A stretch of DNA of 64,000 nt from contig JBOGKQ010000013.1 in the NCBI GenBank assembly GCA_050747905.1, forward strand, positions 3,529 to 67,528, written 5' to 3'. This DNA is from Terriglobales bacterium (GTDB lineage: Bacteria > Acidobacteriota > Terriglobia > Terriglobales > SCQP01). Positions 9,564 through 19,887 of the stretch are shown here, piece by piece. Position 1 is the stretch's first letter. Every line of letters begins with the position of its first letter. Below the pieces are notes generated by a model. It was not told where the DNA came from, did not search any database, and saw nothing but the letters and a program-made list of their open reading frames with translations. The translations under genes were made by a program, and so were the position numbers.

Positions 9564-10730
9564 TCACAGTTCGGTTCCCAGGTGAATCGGCACCTGGATT
9601 TTGCGGCCCTTTCTCTCGACCGTCAGCGTCAGCGTGCTGCCCGGCTTCTGCAGCAGCAGGATGTTGCCGAGCTGCCCCTGGTCCTGGACCGGCTCGCCGT
9701 TTACCGCCAGGATGATGTCGCCGCCGAAATGCACCGGGGTGTTGCCGATGTAGCCCGGCTCACTGCCGGCGCGCAGCCCCGCCGAGGCCGCCAGCCCGCC
9801 CCGCCGCACCCCCAGCACCAGCAGGCCGCGGGAGACGCGCAGACCGAGCTGCTGCGCCACGCTTGGCGACAGGGCAAACGTCATCATCCCCAGCGAAACC
9901 GCCTGCACATGCCCGGCCGTGATCAACTGCTGCAGGACGGCCTTGATGCTGTTGATCGGGATGGCAAAGCCGATGCCGATGTTGGATCCGGTCTGGGAAT
10001 AGATCATCGTATCCATGCCGATCACCTCGCCCAGAGAATTCAGCAGCGGGCCGCCGCTGTTGCCAGGGTTGATGGGGGCGTCGGTCTGAATGGCGTTTTC
10101 AATATCGGCGCCCGGCCCGCCGGTGTCGGTTTGGGCCTCATGCACGGTGCGGATGGAGCTGATGATGCCGGAGGTCATCGTGCCCGGCAGGCCGTAGGGG
10201 TTGCCGATGGCGAGCACGCGCTGGCCCACCTGCAGGTTGCCGCTGTCGCCCAGCGTCACCGGCGGCACCGGCTGGTGGGCGCTGATCTTGATCACCGCCA
10301 AATCCAGCTCCGGCGCCGTGCCCACCACGGTGGCCGGAAACTGCTGCGAGTCATCTTTTTTCGGCGTCCAGGTGACCGTCAGTTTTTGCGCGTTGGCGAT
10401 GACGTGATAGTTGGTGAGGATATAGCCGTTGGTATTGATGAAAAAGCCCGAGCCCTGCCCGGATTCCGGCACCGGACCCCAGAGCAGATTGTAGGCGATG
10501 ATCCGCGAGGTGACGTTGACCACGGCGGGCGATACGCGGCGGTAAATGCCGATGTCGCGGCGCTCGCCGGGCGAGAATTGGGTCTGCGGCGGCGCCTCCG
10601 CCAGCACCACGGGATGCCCCACCCCGGAGGGAAGTCCCAGTGCGGTGCGGAAGCCGGCGCGGGTGGAGACATAGAAGAAAAATCCGCCCGCCAGAATCAG
10701 CGCCAGCGCCAGCACCGGACGCAACCTCAT
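9564..10730 (-). CDS. HtrA/DegP-type S1C serine protease with PDZ domain
   Basis: TNYHV, DLAVIK and GNSGGPLLN carry the catalytic His/Asp/Ser. N-terminal TM anchor and C-terminal PDZ-like region. The ATG at 10730 overlaps the coaE stop (ATGA); alternative start at 10757. Confidence 0.85.
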   Translation of the reverse strand: MRLRPVLALALILAGGFFFYVSTRAGFRTALGLPSGVGHPVVLAEAPPQTQFSPGERRDIGIYRRVSPAVVNVTSRIIAYNLLWGPVPESGQGSGFFINTNGYILTNYHVIANAQKLTVTWTPKKDDSQQFPATVVGTAPELDLAVIKISAHQPVPPVTLGDSGNLQVGQRVLAIGNPYGLPGTMTSGIISSIRTVHEAQTDTGGPGADIENAIQTDAPINPGNSGGPLLNSLGEVIGMDTMIYSQTGSNIGIGFAIPINSIKAVLQQLITAGHVQAVSLGMMTFALSPSVAQQLGLRVSRGLLVLGVRRGGLAASAGLRAGSEPGYIGNTPVHFGGDIILAVNGEPVQDQGQLGNILLLQKPGSTLTLTVERKGRKIQVPIHLGTEL

Positions 10731-11305
10731 GCGCCCTCCCGGGCGCCGAGTTGCCACAGCATGCGCTCGACCTGCGGCAGGAGCGCGGATTCAGGGCCGT
10801 TGTTGTCAATCACGATATCAGCTTGCTCCACTTTGGCCGCATCCGGCAACTGGTGTGCCATCCGCGCCAACGCCTGCGCGCGCGTGCCACCGCGCTGGAG
10901 GTAACGCTGCACGCGCAGCTCCGCACCGGCGGCCACCACCACCACCCGGTCAAAGCCCGCCAACAGTCCCGCTTCGATCAACAGCGCCGCTTCCACGCCC
11001 GCCATCGCCTTGCCGGCGCACTCCCACTGCCGCAACTGCTCCCCCGCCTTGGCCATGATGCGCGCATGCAGAATGCGGTTCAGCTGTTCGAGTCGCGCGC
11101 CGGCGCCAGGCGCAAACACCAGCTCGGCCAGCGCCGCCGGCTCGGCCGTGCCAAACTGCTCCCGCACCTCGTCCCGGGCTTCGTTCTGCAGCAGCTCGTG
11201 TCCCAGCCGGTCGGCATCCACCACCGGCACCCCCCGGCCGCGCAGCAAGGCCGAAACGGTGCTCTTGCCGCTGCCCAAACCGCCGGTAATCGCCAGGCGC
11301 AGCAT
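10727..11305 (-). CDS. coaE: Dephospho-CoA kinase
   Basis: MLRLAITGGLGSGKSTVSALL (P-loop), 192 aa. The N-terminal extension of the 368-aa ORF was rejected because it overlaps folD. Confidence 0.9.
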   Translation of the reverse strand: MLRLAITGGLGSGKSTVSALLRGRGVPVVDADRLGHELLQNEARDEVREQFGTAEPAALAELVFAPGAGARLEQLNRILHARIMAKAGEQLRQWECAGKAMAGVEAALLIEAGLLAGFDRVVVVAAGAELRVQRYLQRGGTRAQALARMAHQLPDAAKVEQADIVIDNNGPESALLPQVERMLWQLGAREGA

Positions 11306-11310
11306 CCGGG

Positions 11311-12243
11311 TCAGGGCGCGGCGAGGGGCTGGCGCTGGCGGCGGGCGGCGGCCAATGCGACCGTGTTGCTCATCAGCATGGCGATGGTGAGGGGGCCCAC
11401 CCCGCCGGGCACGGGCGTATAGGCGGAGGCCAGGCTGCATGCCGCCCGTGGATCCACATCGCCGATCAGGGTGCGGCCGCGGCGCTCGAACTCTTCCCGG
11501 CGCTTGGCATTGCCGGGGAAATACGTTTCGACCTCCTGGGCGCGGCTCAGCGCGTTCATACCGACATCCACCACCACGGCGCCGCGCCGGACGTGGCGCT
11601 CGTTGAGCATGGCCGGTCGTCCGATGGCGGCAAACAGCAGGTCGGCGCGCTGGCACACCGCGGTCAGGTTGCGCGTGCGCGAGTGACAGATGGTCACGGT
11701 GGCGTGCGCGTGCAGCAGCAGCAGCGCCAGCGGCTTGCCCACGATGTCGCTGCGGCCCACCACGACCGCTTCCCTGCCCTCCACCTCGATCTGATTGCGC
11801 CGCAGCAGCTCCATGATTCCGGCCGGCGTGCATGGCCGCGGCCCCGGACGCCCGCTCATCAGCTTGCCCAGGTTGAACGGGTGGAACCCATCCACATCCT
11901 TTTCTGGCGCCACCGCCAACAGCACCGCCGCCGCGTCCACCTGCGGCGGCAGCGGCAGTTGCACCAGGATGCCGTCAATGTCCTCGCGCGCGTTCAGCGC
12001 CGCCACGTGCGCCAGCAGCGCGGTGGTTGTGACCGCGGCGGGTGGCCGGACTTGCTCGGAAACTATACCCAGTTCGTGGCAGGCCCGCACCTTCGAGCGG
12101 ACGTAGAGGGCCGAGGCGGAGTCGTCGCCGGCCAGGATCACCGCCAGCCCCGGCGGACGAGCGCCGAAGCTGCGCACCCGCTCCGCCACCTCCGCGCGTA
12201 TGGCCGCGCCCACCGCGGTACCGTCCAAGGTTTTCGCACTCAC
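11311..12243 (-). CDS. folD: Bifunctional methylenetetrahydrofolate dehydrogenase/cyclohydrolase
   Basis: LAVILAGDDSASALYVRSK, GILVQLPLP, VVGRSDIVGKP and TPVPGGVGP are classical FolD motifs. Confidence 0.95.
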   Translation of the reverse strand: MSAKTLDGTAVGAAIRAEVAERVRSFGARPPGLAVILAGDDSASALYVRSKVRACHELGIVSEQVRPPAAVTTTALLAHVAALNAREDIDGILVQLPLPPQVDAAAVLLAVAPEKDVDGFHPFNLGKLMSGRPGPRPCTPAGIMELLRRNQIEVEGREAVVVGRSDIVGKPLALLLLHAHATVTICHSRTRNLTAVCQRADLLFAAIGRPAMLNERHVRRGAVVVDVGMNALSRAQEVETYFPGNAKRREEFERRGRTLIGDVDPRAACSLASAYTPVPGGVGPLTIAMLMSNTVALAAARRQRQPLAAP

Positions 12244-12288
12244 CCTTCAAGTCTAAACGAGCATGGTGGGCGCGTGCCCAGGGGACGG

Positions 12289-14148
12289 TTACGCCGGATC
12301 AATCATGGCCGGGGCGGCCGCGGGCATGGCGGCGGCGTAGTCGGCAAACTGCAGGTCATAAAGCCGCCGGTAAAGGCCGTGGGCGGCGTGCAGTTCGTCG
12401 TGGCTGCCGGCTTCGACAATCGCGCCGGCATCCAGCACCAGAATGCGGTCGGCGTTGCGCACCGTCGAAAGCCGGTGGGCGATCACGATCACCGTGCGGT
12501 GGCTCATCAGGTTGGCGAGCGCCCGCTGCACCAGCATTTCGCTCTCGTTGTCGAGCGCGCTGGTGGCCTCGTCCAGGATGAGGACGGGCGCATTCTTGAG
12601 AATTGCCCGCGCGATGGCGATGCGCTGGCGTTGCCCACCCGACAGGCGCAGCCCGCGTTCGCCCAGGCGGGTGTTGTAAGCCTGCGGAGTGGCGGCGATG
12701 AACTCGTCTGCCAGCGCCGCCTGCGCCGCCGCCCGGATGGCCGCCGGGGTGGCGGCGGGGCTGCCGTAGGCAATGTTGTTGGCGACCGTTTCGTTGAACA
12801 GAATCGTATCCTGGGTGACGTAGGCAATCTGCGAGCGCAGCGAGCGCAGGGTGCACTCGCGCACATCCACCCCGTCCACCAGCACCGCTCCGGCGGTGAC
12901 GTCGAACAGGCGCGGGATCAAGTTGATCAGCGTGCTCTTGCCCGCCCCGCTGGATCCGACCAGAGCCACGACCTCCCCGCGCCGCAGCTCGAAATCGAGA
13001 TCGTGCAGCAGCGGCTCCCCGGGATGATAGGCAAACGCCACCCCGGCGAAACGGATGCCGGAGTGGAAGGGCGCCAGCGCGCGCGCCCCCGGGCGCTCGT
13101 GGATTTCCTCATTCACATCCATGAACTCGAACACCCGCTGCGCGCAGCCGGCGGCGGTCTGGAAGTTGTTATAAATGCCCGCCATCCGCCGCAGGGGCTC
13201 ATACAGTTTGATCAGGGCATAGAGAAACCCGACCACCATGCCGGTGGTCATGATGCCCGCGCCCACAATGCCGCGCGCGTAGAGCAGGAACAGGATGATG
13301 GTGATGGCGCCCAGGATTTCCATCAGCGGCGAGGCGATGCTCTGCTGCAGGATGTAGCGCAGGTTGGAGCGCAGCAGGCGGTGGGCGGCGGCGCGGAAGC
13401 GGCTGATTTCCCGCGCCTCCATGCTGAACGCCTTCACGATGCCGTGGCCGGTGATGGTCTCGTACAGAATGTGCTGGACATCCGCCATTTCGTCCTGGCC
13501 GCGGCGGGCGGTGTGGCGCACATGCTTGCCCAACCAGGCCGTCGGCAGAATCACCGCCGGCGTCAGGATGAGGGCGAACAGGGTCAGCTTCCAGTCCAGC
13601 ACCAGCAACACCGCCACAAAGGCGAGGAGCGTGAATCCCTGCTGCACGCTGTCGGCCAGCGAGGCCGAGGCCGCCACCGAGATTCGCTCCAGATCGTTGA
13701 CCACGGTGGACATAAGTTTGCCGGTGGCCTGGCGGGAAAAAAAGGCGGCCGACTGGTGGATCAACTTGGCATAGACCGCGTTGCGCAGATCGGTGATGGC
13801 GCCGTAGCCGACGTAGTTGATCAGGTAGGTGCCCAGGTACTCGCCCACCGCCTTGCCCGCGACCAACACGATCAGCGCCAGGGCAATGATGGAGGCGGGG
13901 TTGTGGGAAAACCCCGGCGGCATGAAGCTGTTGAGGTAAATGGGGTGGTTGAGCAGGGGGGGGCGCGCCTGGGTCAGCAGGATGGCCCCGCCGCCGCTGG
14001 CGGGCTTGAGCAGCTTGTCCACCACCGGCGCCAGCACCAGCGCCACCGCGGCATCAAGGGCGCTGGCCACCGCCATGAGCACCAGTGCCACCGCGAACTG
14101 CAGCCAGTAGCGGCCAACGTAGCGCAGCAGGCGGTAAAACGGCCGCAT
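12289..14148 (-). CDS. ABC transporter, fused permease/ATPase (MsbA-like lipid exporter)
   Basis: Six-TM N-terminal domain, GSSGAGKST (Walker A), LSGGQRQRIAIARA (signature), LILDEATSALD (Walker B). Confidence 0.9.
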   Translation of the reverse strand: MRPFYRLLRYVGRYWLQFAVALVLMAVASALDAAVALVLAPVVDKLLKPASGGGAILLTQARPPLLNHPIYLNSFMPPGFSHNPASIIALALIVLVAGKAVGEYLGTYLINYVGYGAITDLRNAVYAKLIHQSAAFFSRQATGKLMSTVVNDLERISVAASASLADSVQQGFTLLAFVAVLLVLDWKLTLFALILTPAVILPTAWLGKHVRHTARRGQDEMADVQHILYETITGHGIVKAFSMEAREISRFRAAAHRLLRSNLRYILQQSIASPLMEILGAITIILFLLYARGIVGAGIMTTGMVVGFLYALIKLYEPLRRMAGIYNNFQTAAGCAQRVFEFMDVNEEIHERPGARALAPFHSGIRFAGVAFAYHPGEPLLHDLDFELRRGEVVALVGSSGAGKSTLINLIPRLFDVTAGAVLVDGVDVRECTLRSLRSQIAYVTQDTILFNETVANNIAYGSPAATPAAIRAAAQAALADEFIAATPQAYNTRLGERGLRLSGGQRQRIAIARAILKNAPVLILDEATSALDNESEMLVQRALANLMSHRTVIVIAHRLSTVRNADRILVLDAGAIVEAGSHDELHAAHGLYRRLYDLQFADYAAAMPAAAPAMIDPA

Positions 14149-14165
14149 GCGGTCTTAAACCCCCC

Positions 14166-15107
14166 TCATCGCCGCAGGTCGCGGTGCGTGAGCGTGGGGG
14201 GATAACCCAGCTTGCGCAGCTCGCGCCGCAGCGCCTCGGCGATATACACGGAGCGATGCCGTCCGCCGGTGCACCCAATGGCGATGTTGAGGTAGCTCTT
14301 GCCCTCCTTGATGTAATGCGGGATGAGATAGGCGAGCAGGCTGCGGATACGGAAGAGGAACTCCTCGGTCTGCGGAAACGACCGGATGTAGTCGGCGACC
14401 TTGCGGTCCCGGCCGGAATGCATGCGCAACGCGGGTATGTAGTTGGGGTTGGGCAGAAAGCGTACGTCAAACACCAGGTCGGCGTCGCTCGGCAGCCCGT
14501 TGCGGAATCCGAAGCTGGTCACCGCCAACTGCAGGCTGGGCGCAAGCCCGCTGGCGATCACCTGCTCGCGCAGATAATCACGCAGCTCATGCACGTTGAA
14601 GCGCGAGGTGTCCACCACCAGGTCGGCGGCGGAACGGATTTTCGCCAGTGCCTTGCGCTCCTCCTGGATGCCGTGGCGCAGCTCGCTTTCGCCCTTCAGG
14701 TGCTCGCGGCGGCCGCCCTCGCGCTCCGCCAGCGGATGCGGCCGCCGCGTCTCGCTGAAGCGCCGGAGGATGACTTCGTCGCTGGCCTCCAAAAACAGCA
14801 GCGTCAGCTTCAGCGGGCTGTCGCGCAGGTTCTGCAGCAGCCCCGGCAGGGGGTCCAAGCGGTGGCCCTCGCGGATGTCCACCACTACCGCCGCGCGCTG
14901 TACATCTCCCCCCGGCGCCGCCTGGCGCACCAGCTCCACAAAGGGCGCCAGCAGGCCCATCGGCAGGTTGTCCACGCAGTAATAGCCGGAATCCTCGAAG
15001 ACTTTGACCGCCGAGCCTTTGCCGCTGCCGCTCAGCCCGGTGATCACCACCAGGTGCAGGTCCCGGCGCGCGGACGGGGAGGGCCGGCGCCGCTCGCGCT
15101 TGCTCAT
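14166..15107 (-). CDS. rapZ: RNase adapter protein RapZ (YhbJ family P-loop NTPase)
   Basis: LVVITGLSGSGKGSAVKVFEDSGYYCVDNLP and GCTGGRHRSV. Start at MSKRERR (15107) directly abuts the rpoN stop. Confidence 0.9.
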   Translation of the reverse strand: MSKRERRRPSPSARRDLHLVVITGLSGSGKGSAVKVFEDSGYYCVDNLPMGLLAPFVELVRQAAPGGDVQRAAVVVDIREGHRLDPLPGLLQNLRDSPLKLTLLFLEASDEVILRRFSETRRPHPLAEREGGRREHLKGESELRHGIQEERKALAKIRSAADLVVDTSRFNVHELRDYLREQVIASGLAPSLQLAVTSFGFRNGLPSDADLVFDVRFLPNPNYIPALRMHSGRDRKVADYIRSFPQTEEFLFRIRSLLAYLIPHYIKEGKSYLNIAIGCTGGRHRSVYIAEALRRELRKLGYPPTLTHRDLRR

Positions 15108-16717
15108 CGCATCCGCCGCTGGTGGGTGGAGGGAATGTGCAGGTCTTCGCGGTACTTGGCAATGGTGCGGCGCGTGACCTGAATGCCCTGCTGACACAGA
15201 ACCGCCGCCACCTTATCGTCGGTGAGCGGGTGCTTGGGATCCTCCTCCTCGATCAATTTCTTCACCCGCCGCTTGAGGATCAGCAGCGAGGTCTCGATAC
15301 CCCGCGTCCCCATCACCGCCTCGGTGAAAAAGAACCGCAGCTCGAACACTCCCTGCAGGGTGTGCACGTATTTGTTGGCCACCGCGCGGCTGACGGTGGA
15401 GGGGTGCACGCCGATTTCCTCGGCCACTTCCTTGATCATCATGGGCTTGAGAAAGTCCATGCCGAAATCCAGAAAATCCGTCTGGCGCGCGATAATCGAA
15501 TGGCAAACGCGGGCAATGGTCTGCTTGCGCTGCTCGAGGTTGCGCAAAAACTGGATGGCGCTGGCGTAGCGTTCCTTGATGTAGCGGCTGGCGTCGCGCT
15601 GGTCGCGCCCGAACTTCATTTCCCGATACTCACGGTTGAGGTGCAGGCTGGGCAGACCGTCGTCGTTCATGATGATCTGGTAACGGTTCGGACACGACTC
15701 CGATCCGCACACCGGACAGCGGTCCCCATGCCCCTTCACGAAGGCCACGTCCGGCTCGATCAGGCGCGTGTTGGCGGGGTTGTAGCGCCGCCCCGGAAAC
15801 GGATCCAGCTTGCGGATCTCGGCCAGGGCGCCGGCGATCTCCTCCTCGCTTACGTTCAGCACCCGCGCCAACTCCTGCCGCCGCGCGTTCTGCAAATCCG
15901 ACAAATGCTCGCTCACCAGCGCAATCGCCAGAATCTGCACGCTCGGCAACTGAAAGAGCTGCACCAGCAGGCATTCGCGCAAATCCCGGGCGCCCACCCC
16001 GGCCGGATCAAAGCGCTGGACCAGGCTCAGCGCCTCGCGCACCAATTGCTCGGGCATGCCCTCGCTGGCGGCAATCTCCTCGACCCGCAAGGGCCGCCGC
16101 CCCTTGTCGTCTTCGGCGGTCAAATAACCGTCCTCATCTAGGTTGCCGATGATCGCCTCGGCCGCCGCCCGCAGGTCCAGCTCGATGGGCTCCACGCTGA
16201 GCTGCCAGCGCAGGTGATCGGTCAGGGTGACCGGCGCGCTGATAAAGTTGTCAAAAGACGGCCGCTCCCCAGCCTCCTCCATCTGCGCGGGCTGATAGCC
16301 AGGGTCGAGATAGTCCTTGAAAAAGTCGCCGTAGTCAATTTCCTCGAACGCATCGCCGGCGGGCGCCTCCAGGCTGCTTTCCGGCACCTCGACCCCCGCC
16401 GCATTGTTTTCTGAAATGCCGCCCCCCCCCTCCGCTGCACCCCCCTCGCCCGCTGCCGCGGCGGCTTCCTCGACCCCTGCGCCTCGCTCCGATTCGGTTT
16501 GCTGACGCAGCTCTTGTTCCAACCGCCCCAGCTCGTCCAGCCCGGGCCCGCTGTCTTCCGCAACTTCATCCAAAAGCGGGTTCTCGAGCAGTTCCTGGCT
16601 GATCGCGTCCTGCAGCTCCAGCTTGTTCATGGCCAAAATGTTGACCATTTGCACAAGCCCCGGCGTCAGCGTCTGCTTCAACGACAGTTTTTGGATCAGC
16701 TTGGGGCCCAGGTTCAT
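15104..16717 (-). CDS. rpoN: RNA polymerase sigma-54 factor
   Basis: N-terminal MNLGPKLIQKLSLKQTLTPGLVQ; HTH segment GVHPSTVSRAV; RpoN box TRRTIAKYRE near the C-terminus. Confidence 0.95.
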   Translation of the reverse strand: MNLGPKLIQKLSLKQTLTPGLVQMVNILAMNKLELQDAISQELLENPLLDEVAEDSGPGLDELGRLEQELRQQTESERGAGVEEAAAAAGEGGAAEGGGGISENNAAGVEVPESSLEAPAGDAFEEIDYGDFFKDYLDPGYQPAQMEEAGERPSFDNFISAPVTLTDHLRWQLSVEPIELDLRAAAEAIIGNLDEDGYLTAEDDKGRRPLRVEEIAASEGMPEQLVREALSLVQRFDPAGVGARDLRECLLVQLFQLPSVQILAIALVSEHLSDLQNARRQELARVLNVSEEEIAGALAEIRKLDPFPGRRYNPANTRLIEPDVAFVKGHGDRCPVCGSESCPNRYQIIMNDDGLPSLHLNREYREMKFGRDQRDASRYIKERYASAIQFLRNLEQRKQTIARVCHSIIARQTDFLDFGMDFLKPMMIKEVAEEIGVHPSTVSRAVANKYVHTLQGVFELRFFFTEAVMGTRGIETSLLILKRRVKKLIEEEDPKHPLTDDKVAAVLCQQGIQVTRRTIAKYREDLHIPSTHQRRMR

Positions 16718-16729
16718 AAGCGGCAGTGA

Positions 16730-17455
16730 CTAAGCGAGACTGAACCTGTCTCCCAGATAGACCCTTTGCACGTCGGCATCGTCGCCCAGCTCGGCGGGCG
16801 TGCCCATGCGGAATATGCGCCCGTCATGCATGATGTAGGCCCTGTCGGTCACGCTCAGCGTCTCCCGTACATTGTGGTCGGTGATCAATACCCCTATGTT
16901 ATCGGCGCGTAGCTGGGAAATGATGTGTTGTAAATCCAACACAGCCAGAGGGTCAATGCCGCTAAAGGGCTCATCCAGCAGCATGAACGCCGGCTCCAGC
17001 ACCAATCCCCGCGCGATTTCCACCCGCCGCCGCTCGCCCCCCGACAACGCGTAGCCCAGCGTCCGCCTGACTTTTCCCAGCCCCAGCACCTCCAGCAGCT
17101 TTTCCAGCCGCTCTTTGCGCTGCACCGGCGACAGCGGCGATACTTCCAGTATTGCCGCCAGGTTCTGCTCCACGCTCAGCTTGCGGAATATAGACGGCTC
17201 TTGCGGCAGGTAGCTGATCCCGAGCTCTGCCCGCTGGTACATCGGCAGCGACGTGATGTCGTGCTCGTCAAGCAGAATACGCCCCATATCCGGAGCGATC
17301 TGCCCAACAATCATGTGAAACGTCGTGGTCTTGCCTGCTCCGTTAGGCCCCAGCAAGCCCACCACCTCGCCCCGCGCCATCGTGATACTGACGCCATTGA
17401 CCACAGCCCTGCCCTTGTAAAGCTTGCAAAGCTGATCGGTTGAGAGGCGCTCCAT
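16730..17455 (-). CDS. lptB: LPS export ABC transporter ATP-binding protein
   Basis: [27 protein letters not shown] and [12 protein letters not shown]. Position upstream of rpoN is the canonical context. Start taken at MERLS. Confidence 0.9.
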   Translation of the reverse strand: MERLSTDQLCKLYKGRAVVNGVSITMARGEVVGLLGPNGAGKTTTFHMIVGQIAPDMGRILLDEHDITSLPMYQRAELGISYLPQEPSIFRKLSVEQNLAAILEVSPLSPVQRKERLEKLLEVLGLGKVRRTLGYALSGGERRRVEIARGLVLEPAFMLLDEPFSGIDPLAVLDLQHIISQLRADNIGVLITDHNVRETLSVTDRAYIMHDGRIFRMGTPAELGDDADVQRVYLGDRFSLA

Positions 17456-17527
17456 AGGTTCACGGAGTGAAAAAGTGGAAACCCGGTTCCAAGTCAGGGA
17501 GTAATCGGTAAGCTCATGAAAAGACAA

Positions 17528-19837
17528 TCATTTATGTCCGTGAGTCTGACCGAAAGCGCGGGTCCCATGCTTGCCACCAACCTGAATTTCATCACTCGCC
17601 AAAGAAAAAGTCAAGGGATCCCCACTGATTTTGCCATGTTCGGCATCAAAAATGCTAGGAGGTCCGCCGGTCAGCTCCAGCCGGTTGCGTACGAAGTCAA
17701 AGCTCAACTGTTGGGCGCTGGCGTGGCGCCCCGGCTGCACCACACTGACCCCGCCGGAGGCCACGGCGCGCTGCAGCGCCGCCGTTTTCGCCGCGCCACC
17801 GAAATAAAGAGTCAGCTCGGGTGCGCTCAGGGTCGCATCATTGACCTGCATCCTGACCCCGCCGGAGTAGCGGGCAAGCTGCTGCGGCTGCGAGTAGTTC
17901 AAGGTTTGCGCCAGCACACGCACCGCCTGCACCGCCGCGCCCCGAGTCAGCGGCGCCCGCCCGGCGGCGTGAACTTCACCGGTGTTAAGAAACTCGGTTT
18001 GGACGTGACCGCTTGCCTGCAGGTGCGCGGCCTGAGTGCCGCTTTCGGCGCTGATGGTGAGCTGGTCCGCGCGCAGCAGATCGGGGGCTTGGAGCAGCCG
18101 CACCGCGCCGGTGAACACCGCCCGGCCACGGAATCCGCCGGGTCCACCCGCGCCCGCCGGTTGCGCCCAGCTCAGCCGTTGCGCGGTGATCACCACCGGA
18201 CGGCTGGCCGCCGGGGTGCCCGCCGCCGCCGGCAGCGCCACCCCCGCGCCCGGCAGCAAGCTCACCGTCAACGCCCTGCCGTTCCCGTCGTCAGCCGCCA
18301 CCGCGCTCAGCGTGGCGCTGCCGTTGGGGCGGCCGACCCAGGCCGCCGACGCCGCCGTTAACCGCGCCTGCGGATCGGAGACGACCACCGCACCGCTGAG
18401 CACGGCCCGGTCCTGCGCCGGCGTGTACACCAACTGTTGCGCGCGGGCGCTGCGTTCGCCTTGCTGCAGGCGCACCCCGCCGCTTTCGCGCACCAGCGCG
18501 GGGCGCGCGTTCGCCCCCGCGGCAAATTGAATGGCGAGCACCTGGCATTCGCTGCGGCGTTCCCCTCCCGCCGCCTGCTCGCGCACCTGAACCTGGCCAC
18601 GGGCCACGGCCCAACGCGGCTGCTGGTCCGCGCGCAGGAAAATCTGCACCGCATCGGCCTGCGCCTGCAAGCTCGGCCCCCGCTCCAGGCGCGTGCGCCC
18701 GCGCGTGGCAATCGCGCTTAGGGCGGCCACGCCCGCCGCGCCCCCGCCGGGACCGAAGCTGAAGTCAATTTCGGGAGCGGCCAGCACTCCCGCCGCCGCT
18801 CCCGACGCGGTCAGAACCGCTCCCTGGCTGGCCACCAGCGACCGCAGCGCGTCGCCCGCGGCAAAGTGCAGGGCCAGCTGCCCGGCCTGCAGCCGCCGCG
18901 CGATCGTCGCTCCCGGCGCACCCGCAGTTTGCATTGCATCCACCCGGCCCGCCAGCACCAGCGACTCAATCTGCTGCCCGGCAGGGTTGAAATCGGCATG
19001 CGCGGCCTGGGCGCGAACCTGCAGCGCGTCGGCGGCCGACCGCTGGTCAGCCTCCACATGCCCGAAAGCATCCAGATGCCGCAAGGTGTGGCCAGGCGTG
19101 ACCTGCGCCAGCAAACGGTCCGCAGCCAGGCTCTCGCTGCCCTGGCGCAGGCGCGCCTCGCCTTGCAGCTCCACCTGCACCACCCCGCCCGCCTGGCGCC
19201 GCAGCTCCGCCTGCTGACTCTGCAGATCCAATGCGCCCTGGCCGGGACGCGCCCACTGCAACTCGACGCCACCGGAAAAATCCGCCACCCCGGTGCGGCT
19301 GTTCAGCGCCGCGGCCCCGGCGCTTCCCGCGGCCGATCCCAACGCAAACTTCACCCCGGCGGCAATGGTTCCCGTACCCTGCTTGACGTTATAGCGCAGG
19401 CCGTGCGCCGTCACCTGGATCTGATCCTCGAGTTGAATATGCACATCCCCGTCGGCGTAGAGGCTGCCGCTGGCTTCGTCGTAGCGAAACGAGTTGCCGG
19501 TGATCGCATCGGCGTGCTGCCCCTGCTGGTCGTAGACCAGAATGCGCACCTGCCGCAGCTCGTCCAGTCCTCCCAGACGCAGCTTGTCGGCACTCGCCGC
19601 AAAAATCCGGAACACCGGCCGGCCGTTCACCGACTTGGATACATCCACGCCCGCCGCGCTTTGCTGCACCTGGATGCCCAAAACCGGCGCCTGCGGGGCA
19701 GGCGCGTGCCGGCGCCGCAGCAGATAGAGCGCAATCACCACTCCGGTTCCCGCCACCAGCGCCGCGGCTACCGTCCGGCGCAGGCGCACCAGCCACCGCA
19801 CGCGGCGGGTGTAGGGATTGGCCGTGGGTGCCGCCAT
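17528..19837 (-). CDS. Large membrane-anchored LptA/OstA-like repeat protein (possible LptC-LptA fusion)
   Basis: 769 aa with an N-terminal TM anchor (VAAALVAGTGVVIALYLL). Ala/Gly/Gln-rich segments recur in an OstA-like beta pattern. Sits directly upstream of lptB. Assignment rests on context and composition only. Confidence 0.45.
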   Translation of the reverse strand: MAAPTANPYTRRVRWLVRLRRTVAAALVAGTGVVIALYLLRRRHAPAPQAPVLGIQVQQSAAGVDVSKSVNGRPVFRIFAASADKLRLGGLDELRQVRILVYDQQGQHADAITGNSFRYDEASGSLYADGDVHIQLEDQIQVTAHGLRYNVKQGTGTIAAGVKFALGSAAGSAGAAALNSRTGVADFSGGVELQWARPGQGALDLQSQQAELRRQAGGVVQVELQGEARLRQGSESLAADRLLAQVTPGHTLRHLDAFGHVEADQRSAADALQVRAQAAHADFNPAGQQIESLVLAGRVDAMQTAGAPGATIARRLQAGQLALHFAAGDALRSLVASQGAVLTASGAAAGVLAAPEIDFSFGPGGGAAGVAALSAIATRGRTRLERGPSLQAQADAVQIFLRADQQPRWAVARGQVQVREQAAGGERRSECQVLAIQFAAGANARPALVRESGGVRLQQGERSARAQQLVYTPAQDRAVLSGAVVVSDPQARLTAASAAWVGRPNGSATLSAVAADDGNGRALTVSLLPGAGVALPAAAGTPAASRPVVITAQRLSWAQPAGAGGPGGFRGRAVFTGAVRLLQAPDLLRADQLTISAESGTQAAHLQASGHVQTEFLNTGEVHAAGRAPLTRGAAVQAVRVLAQTLNYSQPQQLARYSGGVRMQVNDATLSAPELTLYFGGAAKTAALQRAVASGGVSVVQPGRHASAQQLSFDFVRNRLELTGGPPSIFDAEHGKISGDPLTFSLASDEIQVGGKHGTRAFGQTHGHK

Positions 19838-19887
19838 TGCCTTCAGTGTATCGCCACCGCGTGATCCCGATCACATCCCGCCGCGGG

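Noticed and set aside
11593-14205. An 870-aa plus-strand ORF, the longest ORF in this region.
   Set aside because: It is antisense to folD and the MsbA-like ABC transporter, both of which have unambiguous motifs. Its composition is Arg/Gly/His-rich, typical of a shadow ORF in high-GC DNA.
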